The notes under the pieces: generated by a model
What the model was told of the DNA's origin: nothing
Seen by the model: only the letters and a program-made list of their open reading frames with translations
Database searches by the model: none
Shown: positions 48,318-55,550 of the stretch, piece by piece
How the letters are laid out: the number at the start of each line of letters is the position of its first letter
Numbering within the stretch: the stretch's first letter is position 1
Made by a program: the position numbers and the translations under genes
NCBI GenBank assembly: GCA_964609795.1
Contig: CAZSTC010000002.1
Span: forward strand, 29,849-93,848
DNA: 64,000 nt
Source of the DNA: an uncultured Verrucomicrobiota bacterium
GTDB lineage: Bacteria; Verrucomicrobiota; Verrucomicrobiia; Limisphaerales; UBA1412
Direction of reading: 5' to 3'

Positions 48318-49992
48318 CCAGAATAATTCTAATAAATATCTTGAACAGAAGGGACCTCAACAAAAAAAGGGGTATTATGTTCTGCGTGTGATTTTAACAC
48401 CAACCCTTATTTTACATTGGGTGTTAACGCTGTTTGCTTTTTTGGGATCAGCAATTTTTACTATACTTTTTACAACTTTTTCCATTAAAGAAAATAGCAT
48501 AGAGTTTAAGGTCATATCGGGTATTCTTTTTGCTATTGGCAGCATTCTGATGATTGGATGTATTCGATACTATGCGCGTAAACTGTGTCTCAAAGTAAAA
48601 GTGCCCAAAAAATGGGGAAAACGCTGGATTCCCCTTCTTGCCTGGCCAGTATTAACGTTATTGATATTTGCAACTTGCATGGTAGTCAGTAATGGATTTT
48701 GGAGCCATAATTGTTGGCAATTTTACTACACGATTTATATTTTTGTATTTCCTCTTGTCTTGGTATCTGTGCTTGCTGGTTGGTCTCCCTGGGTTTTATT
48801 TCTTATTAACCTGTTCTGCTATGGAACATATATTGCATTCTTTGCATTCTACCAGCAAAAGTTGACGGAACTTCGTCCTGTCCCCGCCTCTATTCGTCTA
48901 TTTTCCATAGTGGTACTCTTCATCTGTACTTTGATGATTGGATATGGTTTCTATGAGCGAAATCTGAACCTGGTTTCGCCTCGAGAGGGACGCGTTTTAG
49001 ACTATGGGGGGCATGGATTCAGATACGAAAATGGCTGGTCTAGTGTTGATTTGAGCCCTTATTATCCCTGGAATGAAACCAATCTACTCGCTCGATTGGA
49101 TGCCCCCTCTACCCTGACAATGGAACCCAAAGATAACCGCAACGGGGAAAACAATACGCACACCGTTCAGTATCCCATTCTGGATGGAGCCGAAGCAATT
49201 TATCCTCTGTACGCAGCATTTGCACAAGCGGTCTATCCCAAGCCCGTGTGGAAAGAAGCAATCGTATTCCACAGTACAATTGAAGGATTTCGTCTATTAA
49301 CAAAACGACAGGTGGATATTGTCTTTAATGCTGCGCCCTCTCCCTCGCAACGAGAGGATGCAAAACTCCAGGGGGCAGAACTAACTTATACTCCCATCGG
49401 TCTTGAAGCATTCGTTTTTTTTGTGAATAAAGATAATCCGATTACCGGACTCACATCACAACAAATTCGCGATATCTATTCAGGCAAAATACGTAACTGG
49501 AAACAACTAGGGGCACCAAGTGGCCGCATCCTCGCCTTTCAGCGTCCGGCAAATTCCGGCAGTCAAACAACCATGGAACGCTTTATGGGGGCTACTCCAC
49601 TGGTTATTCCACTTAAAGAAGAAATGGTGCGTTCAATGGGCAGTATTGTTGAGCGTGTTGCACGATACCAGGATGTTCCCAACTCCATTGGCTACTCCTT
49701 CCGCTATTATTCATCCAAAATGCTTAAAAACGACTCCATCAAATTTCTAGCCGTAGATGGCATTTATCCTACACCCGAAAATATTGCCAGCCGTCGCTAC
49801 CCCATAACCGGAGAACTTCTTGCCATTACGAGTCAGTATTCCCATCCCAACAGCAAAAAACTAATTGATTGGATTCTCGGTCCCCAGGGACAAGAACTTG
49901 TTGAAAAGACAGGATACATTCCTATTTCGAAGTCATTCGAATCCTCATCTAGTCAGGTGAATGAAGCAAATCCAGCAAAAGATCAAAAATGA
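48304..49992 (+). CDS. Polytopic membrane protein with a C-terminal PstS-like (PBP_like_2) substrate-binding domain
   Basis: About seven hydrophobic spans in residues ~25-240. These are followed by IGLEAFVFFVNKDNPITGLTSQQIRDIYSGKIRNWKQLG...FQRPANSGSQTTMERF, typical of phosphate-binding PstS-family domains. I prefer ATG 48304 over the TTG at 48271. Confidence 0.75.
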   Translation: MKINNQNNSNKYLEQKGPQQKKGYYVLRVILTPTLILHWVLTLFAFLGSAIFTILFTTFSIKENSIEFKVISGILFAIGSILMIGCIRYYARKLCLKVKVPKKWGKRWIPLLAWPVLTLLIFATCMVVSNGFWSHNCWQFYYTIYIFVFPLVLVSVLAGWSPWVLFLINLFCYGTYIAFFAFYQQKLTELRPVPASIRLFSIVVLFICTLMIGYGFYERNLNLVSPREGRVLDYGGHGFRYENGWSSVDLSPYYPWNETNLLARLDAPSTLTMEPKDNRNGENNTHTVQYPILDGAEAIYPLYAAFAQAVYPKPVWKEAIVFHSTIEGFRLLTKRQVDIVFNAAPSPSQREDAKLQGAELTYTPIGLEAFVFFVNKDNPITGLTSQQIRDIYSGKIRNWKQLGAPSGRILAFQRPANSGSQTTMERFMGATPLVIPLKEEMVRSMGSIVERVARYQDVPNSIGYSFRYYSSKMLKNDSIKFLAVDGIYPTPENIASRRYPITGELLAITSQYSHPNSKKLIDWILGPQGQELVEKTGYIPISKSFESSSSQVNEANPAKDQK

Positions 49993-50340
49993 TTCTTTCT
50001 ACATTGCGATATTGACCGGTGCCCAAAGCCAATGGGTATACATGGGGTTCTTGAATGCTTAGGGGTTAATTTTTAGGGATAATGTTATTGTCTGAATTGG
50101 GCTTTACTAGCACAGGGGGATAACAAAGACAGACGGCTTCATCGTAAAATCATGCTGAGGCAGATAACGTTAGAGCATAATCATCACGTAAGTTCATTTA
50201 GTTCACAGGGTGGTGAATATCGGTTTTGGCAGTTCACAAATCAGTACCTTATAGGGAGATAGGAGGATTTTTTTGCGAGTACAGGAAAGGATCTGAAATG
50301 GTAACTCTTTGAATGAGAAGAAGATAGGTTATACGATGAA

Positions 50341-50415
50341 TGGTGCTCGCTAGAAGATTCGAACTTCTGACCTCTTCCGTGTGAAGGAAGCGCTCTTCCA
50401 CTAAGCTAAGCGAGC
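50341..50415 (-). tRNA. tRNA-Val (anticodon CAC), CCA encoded
   Basis: The reverse complement is GCTCGCTTAGCTTAGTGGAAGAGCGCTTCCTTCACACGGAAGAGGTCAGAAGTTCGAATCTTCTAGCGAGCACCA. It has a 7-bp acceptor stem GCTCGCT/AGCGAGC, D arm GCTT-AGTGGAA-GAGC, anticodon arm CTTCC-TTCACAC-GGAAG, a 5-nt variable loop, T arm AGAAG-TTCGAAT-CTTCT, and a discriminator A plus CCA. Confidence 0.93.
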
Positions 50416-50544
50416 TCATTGTCGCGAAGCGTGTCGCGACGTGCTTAAGAGGCTAAAGAATTTTGAATAAAAAGCAAGCGTTTTCCGAAAGCCGAGCTCC
50501 TTTAAATCAGAATCTCCCTCTTATTTTTCAAACGTTTTAACCCT

Positions 50545-52017
50545 TTACTCCTTCTGAGAAGGTATTTGGCCACTTCTCTTTCCTATCGTGCTCAAAAGAA
50601 AGCTGAAGAAAAGCCCGCACAAAGTCCCTGTAAGCGTAAACCACGGCCAAGCCAAACATTTCACCTTGTAAATTTCCATTATTACCTGCAGAAGAATCAT
50701 GACCACCACGGAACCAACCATCCCGAGGACGACAGCCATGGGTTTCACCCGCTGAGCGTAAAGAGCCAGAATCAGACCAGCCAACAACGCTCCGCTGGTG
50801 AGGCCATTTAAAGAGAATGCCCAGTTAAAGATAACAGGTTGTGTCTGGCTTATCTTCACGACAACAATCAAAAGAATTGCCCAGAAAAGTGTTGAGATTT
50901 TGCTGAATCTTAAATACCACTGATCAGAACGAGCGCGGAGAATTGGCTTCACAAAATCCATCACAAAAACCGAGGCCAGAGCCGAAAGCGCAGAAGCCAC
51001 TGAAGACATTGCTGCAGAGAAAATAGCCACAATTAAGAAGCCCTTAACGCCAATCGGCATCTTCGAAAGAATAAAGAGAGGGAAAACGTAATCCACTTTT
51101 CCGTCCGGGAGTGACAGGTCAGCAGGATGTTGGCTATAGAAAATCCAAAGAAGAATCCCGGTAAAAAGAAATATCAAAAACAGCGGAAAAATCAGGACTG
51201 CGCTCAATATAAGCGCCTTGCTGCCTTCACGGGCACTTCTGCAAGAGAGCACCCTTTGAACAATCAGTTGATCTGCACCGTGAGATGAAAGCACTTGAAC
51301 CGTTGCACCAATTACCCCCATCCAGATATTAAAGGGTAATTGCCACCCCCAGGCGCCATTAAACCAATGCAGCTTGCCCGCTTCTTTAGCAATGACCAGG
51401 TTTTCAGCAAAAGAACCTTCAAGCAACGTGGGAATATAAAAAAGAGTAAAAACACCGCCTCCGACAAAAAGGAAAAATTGTAAAACTTCGGTCCAAATAA
51501 CACTCTTTATCCCTCCCATATACATATAGACAAGAGATAGGAGAATGAAAAGAACGGCTGATAAAGTGATATTTATATCCGTCATCAAGTGTAGAGGAAT
51601 ACTGGTTGCATAAACTCTCACACCTGCTGCCAAAGTGCCGGCTATCAGAAAAATGCCAGCGCACGTTTTGCCTGCCAGAGGGCCGAAAGAGCGCGTCAGC
51701 AATTGGTAAGGAGAATAGATATCTCCCTTGAAATAGTGAGGCACCAATAAGATAGCCAAAATTACGCGAGCAATTACATAGCCGATTACGATCTGAATAA
51801 AGGTCAAATCCCCTCCATACGCCATAGCGGGAACTGAAATAAAAGTAATCGCGCTGGTCTCCGTAGCCACGATGCTCAATCCCACACCCCACCAGGAGAT
51901 GTTTCTATCGCCCAAAAAATAATCGCGAGCATTCCTTTGTCCTCTTCCAACCCAGAGGCCCAAAGCAGTGATCCCCGCTAAATAAAAAACAATGATCGCT
52001 ATGTCTATGGAGTGCAT
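50545..52017 (-). CDS. Sodium:solute symporter (SSF) family transporter
   Basis: 490 aa with about 13 hydrophobic spans. The N-terminal IDIAIIVFYLAGITALGLWVGR...RDYFLGDRNISWW pattern is typical of SSF transporters. Confidence 0.88.
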   Translation of the reverse strand: MHSIDIAIIVFYLAGITALGLWVGRGQRNARDYFLGDRNISWWGVGLSIVATETSAITFISVPAMAYGGDLTFIQIVIGYVIARVILAILLVPHYFKGDIYSPYQLLTRSFGPLAGKTCAGIFLIAGTLAAGVRVYATSIPLHLMTDINITLSAVLFILLSLVYMYMGGIKSVIWTEVLQFFLFVGGGVFTLFYIPTLLEGSFAENLVIAKEAGKLHWFNGAWGWQLPFNIWMGVIGATVQVLSSHGADQLIVQRVLSCRSAREGSKALILSAVLIFPLFLIFLFTGILLWIFYSQHPADLSLPDGKVDYVFPLFILSKMPIGVKGFLIVAIFSAAMSSVASALSALASVFVMDFVKPILRARSDQWYLRFSKISTLFWAILLIVVVKISQTQPVIFNWAFSLNGLTSGALLAGLILALYAQRVKPMAVVLGMVGSVVVMILLQVIMEIYKVKCLAWPWFTLTGTLCGLFFSFLLSTIGKRSGQIPSQKE

Positions 52018-52047
52018 ACCTGCGTACTAGAACAAAAACTGATTATA

Positions 52048-53214
52048 TCAATACCTCATGAAGTTCAACCTGCTGTGAAAAAGCCTCTCATATTCAAGTA
52101 TGACCGAGCGATCGGTCATCCCCGCAATATAATCACAAAGAGCTCGTTTAAGACCATCAGCACAAATCGCCTCCTGAGAGAGCTCAGGGAGTTTTTTAGG
52201 ATGCTTCAACAAATAGGTAAAAAGTTGTTCCATGAGGTCTGTAGCACGTTTATTAGGTATCTCAACTTCAGGACTATGATAGAGGTTTTCATAGAGATAA
52301 GAGCGCAGAGCCAGGTTCATTTCTCGATTTTCAGGACTGTAAGAAACCAAAGTATTTTCCAGGCATCGCGCTTCATCTGGAGTACGGATACCCGCCTTTT
52401 GAATCGCTGACTCTGTGGTTCGGACGACATCTTTAACCTGGCTATCTATTATGCAGCGAGTAATGAAGTAGCAGCGAGTTCCATCAGGCAATGCACTGTA
52501 ATCCAGGCGTACCTGCCTTGAAGCCTCCCTCCAAATAGCGACATCCCTTTCCAAGTCAGACTCGCTCAAAAGCTGCGCATCCAGCCCATCATCAAGATCA
52601 TGGCTATAATATGCTATCTCATCAGCGATATCGGCAACTTGAGCCTCCATGGAGGGGTTGGGGGTGCAAAATTGGCCGCTCCATTCCGGATGGTCATAGC
52701 TGGTGTGGTGCTTGGCGAGTCCCTCTCTTACCTCCCAACTGAGGTTTAAACCCGGAAACTGTGGGTATTTTCTCTCAAGGTACTCCACTATGCGGAGGCT
52801 TTGCGTGTTGTGCTCAAAGCCCCCATCCTCTTTCATCAATTGATTAAGGCAGCCTTCTCCTCGATGACCGAAAGGTGGATGCCCCAAATCATGAGCCAAA
52901 GCAATCGTCTCAGCAAGCTCCTCATTAAGCCCCAAGGCCATAGCTATATTCCGGGCTATGGAAGCCACCTCAATTGTGTGGGTCAAGCGTGTGCGCAAGT
53001 GATCCCCTGAACCATTCAGAAACACTTGCGTTTTATACTCCAATCTTCGAAACGCCCGCGAATGAATCACTCGATCATGATCCCTTTGAAAATCCGTCCT
53101 CCACTCTGCAGGTGCTTCATTGTAGATGCGGCCCCGAGTAGAATCACTTTTCTCAGCATAAGGGGCCAGCGTTAGCCGCTCCCTCTCCTCCAGTTGTTCC
53201 CTTGTGTAGGGCAT
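52048..53214 (-). CDS. dgt: dGTP triphosphohydrolase-like HD-domain protein
   Basis: FQRDHDRVIHSRAFRRLEYKTQVF, RLTHTIEV and ALAHDLGHPPFGH motifs of the Dgt family. Confidence 0.88.
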   Translation of the reverse strand: MPYTREQLEERERLTLAPYAEKSDSTRGRIYNEAPAEWRTDFQRDHDRVIHSRAFRRLEYKTQVFLNGSGDHLRTRLTHTIEVASIARNIAMALGLNEELAETIALAHDLGHPPFGHRGEGCLNQLMKEDGGFEHNTQSLRIVEYLERKYPQFPGLNLSWEVREGLAKHHTSYDHPEWSGQFCTPNPSMEAQVADIADEIAYYSHDLDDGLDAQLLSESDLERDVAIWREASRQVRLDYSALPDGTRCYFITRCIIDSQVKDVVRTTESAIQKAGIRTPDEARCLENTLVSYSPENREMNLALRSYLYENLYHSPEVEIPNKRATDLMEQLFTYLLKHPKKLPELSQEAICADGLKRALCDYIAGMTDRSVILEYERLFHSRLNFMRY

Positions 53215-53360
53215 GGAAATAGAATGACTTGAGGAAGAGATTTTGTCAAAAAACTAAAGGTTGAAAGTTTATTTATAAAATATGAAAGCCATTGCGTATT
53301 CCCCAAAAGCCTCCTCTACTGCATTGACTTTGAAACAGACTATCTGCTAGATTAGGGCTC

Positions 53361-55463
53361 ATGCGGAATATATTTAACACTCTGATAGCTCTTCTCTGCG
53401 GATGCGCTCTAAGCACACAGGCCGCGTCTGTTTATGGAGAAGAGAAGACAGTTCACGAGTTTACGCTCTCCTCACTCATGGAAGCAGGGCGCAAACAGTA
53501 CATCACTCTGGAAACCAATGCTCCTCAGTTTTCAGAACCGGCCTTGAAACTTAAATCCAACCAGTCTGAAGAAATTCTTCAACTGCGCTCCGAGGACTGG
53601 GGTAAAGCGCAGTGTCTGGCCTTTGATATTTACTATGAGGGGGATCACTCGGGCATCTTCTCCCTTCGTGCCTATGCCAAAGGCGAATCCAAAGAATCGA
53701 TTAATGCCGTAATTGGCATTATGCCTCAGCTCAAAACCCGAGTCACATTTCCCCTGAATCTTCTCAGAGCTCAGGAAGTATTCATGAAGCGAAATCCCGC
53801 TCGCTTGAAAGGAGTTGTCCAGGGAAGACGGCTCCCTCTGGAAGAGCTGGAACGAATGACTTTAACCATCCAACATACAGGCCGTGAAACCTCTGAAACC
53901 TTCTACATTGGCAACGTCGCACTCCTGAGCTCTGAGCCTACCTTTGATCTCCCGGATGTCAAACTGGTGGATTCAATGGGGCAAAGGACGCAAAAAGATT
54001 GGCCGGGCAAGACTCCCAGCATCGAAACGCTGAAGAAACAACTTCAGGATGAACTGGACAAAGCTAAAAAATATCAACCCAATACCCAATTGAGCCAATA
54101 CGGGGGCACTCTCAAAAAACGCTTCGACGCATCCGGCTACTTCCGAGTAGAGCATGATGGAACCCGCTGGTGGATGATCGACCCCGAGGGATGCGGCTTC
54201 TTCAGCCTCGGCATGGATTGTGTCGCGGCAGGTGAATCAGCCACGATTTTACTCGGCATGGAAAAGCTATTTGAGTGGCTCCCCGAGCCTGATGGAGACT
54301 TCAGAGTGGCCCAAGGCGGTGATTGGCAAGGCTCAAAGACAGCAAACTTTCCTGTGGCTAACTTGATTCGTGCTTTTGGCCCACAGGATTGGAAAGACAA
54401 TTGGCGTACTATTACCAAAGCACGCCTGAGCCAATGGGGATTTAACACTATTGGTAACTGGTCTGATATCAGTGCGTTTCGAGGACAAAAAATTCCATAC
54501 GTTCTTCCCTTGGGCAACTTTCCCAGAACAAAAACGATGCTCTTTCGTGATTTCCCGGATGTCTTCAGCCCTGAATATTTGGGAAACTCCATCCGCTTTG
54601 CCAAAGAACTGGAGGCATATAAGGAAGACCCCTGGTTAATCGGCTATTTCATGCGCAATGAACCCGAGTGGGGATTTGGGAGCTTTAACCTCGCTTCGGA
54701 GATGCTTGAAGCAAATCCCGGAACGGCCACCCGAACAGCATTGTCCGCAAAAATGAAGGAAGCATACGGGGAGATTAATGCTCTGAACAAAGCTTGGGGC
54801 ACCGATCTAAAATCTTTTGATGAACTCATCAGCCAAAACTTCCGCAGGATGGAAGAAAAATCAGCACAAGCTAAAAAAGACCTCTGGAGCTTCTCAGAAG
54901 AAATGGTCTCTGCGTATGTCAAAATTCCTGCCGAGCAACTCCGCAAGGTAGACCCTCACCACTTGAATCTGGGTATGCGATATGCCTGGATTGCTTCAGA
55001 TTTAATGTATAAAGCGGGTGAAGTTTTTGACGTTTTCACGATCAATTCATACGAATTTGTTCCGCATCTTAATTCGGTCGATGAAGTAGCGCGCAGGTGC
55101 AATAAGCCTACCATGATCGGTGAATTCCATTTTGGCGCTCTGGATCGCGGACTGCCTTCAACCGGCCTGCGAGCTGTCGAAACCCAACGTGACCGTGGGC
55201 TGGCTTATCGACGCTATGTGGAGCGTGGAGCTGCCAACCCCAATCTGCTAGGAACTCATTATTTTATTCTGAATGATCAGGCTTATTTGGGCCGATTCGA
55301 TGGTGAAAATTACCAAATCGGCTTTGTAGACACCACTCATACCCCTTATCATGAGATGATCGAAGAGGTGATTAAAGCCCACGAAAATGTCTACGATATT
55401 ATGATGGGCAAAAAAGCCCCTTACGACACACCCGTCAAGGAATTGCGCCCCATCAGCTTCTAA
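53361..55463 (+). CDS. Secreted 700-aa protein, probable clan GH-A (TIM-barrel) glycoside hydrolase with an N-terminal beta-sandwich module
   Basis: Signal peptide MRNIFNTLIALLCGCALSTQA. WGFNTIGNW, then FMRNEPEWGF (candidate NEP acid/base) and MIGEFHFGA (candidate nucleophile Glu) at GH-A-like spacing. The family is not identified. Confidence 0.6.
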   Translation: MRNIFNTLIALLCGCALSTQAASVYGEEKTVHEFTLSSLMEAGRKQYITLETNAPQFSEPALKLKSNQSEEILQLRSEDWGKAQCLAFDIYYEGDHSGIFSLRAYAKGESKESINAVIGIMPQLKTRVTFPLNLLRAQEVFMKRNPARLKGVVQGRRLPLEELERMTLTIQHTGRETSETFYIGNVALLSSEPTFDLPDVKLVDSMGQRTQKDWPGKTPSIETLKKQLQDELDKAKKYQPNTQLSQYGGTLKKRFDASGYFRVEHDGTRWWMIDPEGCGFFSLGMDCVAAGESATILLGMEKLFEWLPEPDGDFRVAQGGDWQGSKTANFPVANLIRAFGPQDWKDNWRTITKARLSQWGFNTIGNWSDISAFRGQKIPYVLPLGNFPRTKTMLFRDFPDVFSPEYLGNSIRFAKELEAYKEDPWLIGYFMRNEPEWGFGSFNLASEMLEANPGTATRTALSAKMKEAYGEINALNKAWGTDLKSFDELISQNFRRMEEKSAQAKKDLWSFSEEMVSAYVKIPAEQLRKVDPHHLNLGMRYAWIASDLMYKAGEVFDVFTINSYEFVPHLNSVDEVARRCNKPTMIGEFHFGALDRGLPSTGLRAVETQRDRGLAYRRYVERGAANPNLLGTHYFILNDQAYLGRFDGENYQIGFVDTTHTPYHEMIEEVIKAHENVYDIMMGKKAPYDTPVKELRPISF

Positions 55464-55491
55464 ACATTGCTATTAAAGGCGTAAAGAAAAG

Positions 55492-55537
55492 ATCAAACCT
55501 GAAACAGTTTTTATCGGTTTCAGGTTTGATTTTTTTG
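55492..55537. terminator. Bidirectional rho-independent terminator between the 700-aa hydrolase gene and uvrA
   Basis: Perfect 14-bp stem ATCAAACCTGAAAC / GTTTCAGGTTTGAT (55492-55505 / 55517-55530) with an 11-nt loop. It is followed by TTTTTTT on the plus strand and by CTTTTCTTTAC on the minus strand. Confidence 0.85.
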
Positions 55538-55550
55538 AAGAAAAGGAGAC

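Noticed and set aside
47550-50340. Possible genomic island integrated at the 3' end of tRNA-Val, carrying the membrane/PstS-like gene.
   Set aside because: There is no integrase or other mobility gene, and I found no direct repeat of the tRNA 3' end (only a 7-mer, AGAAGAT). The low G+C is confined to the TM-coding part: hand counts were 18, 20 and 22 G+C per 60 nt. That is explained by Phe/Ile/Leu codons. The PBP-coding part is G+C-normal to high (36 of 60 in one line).
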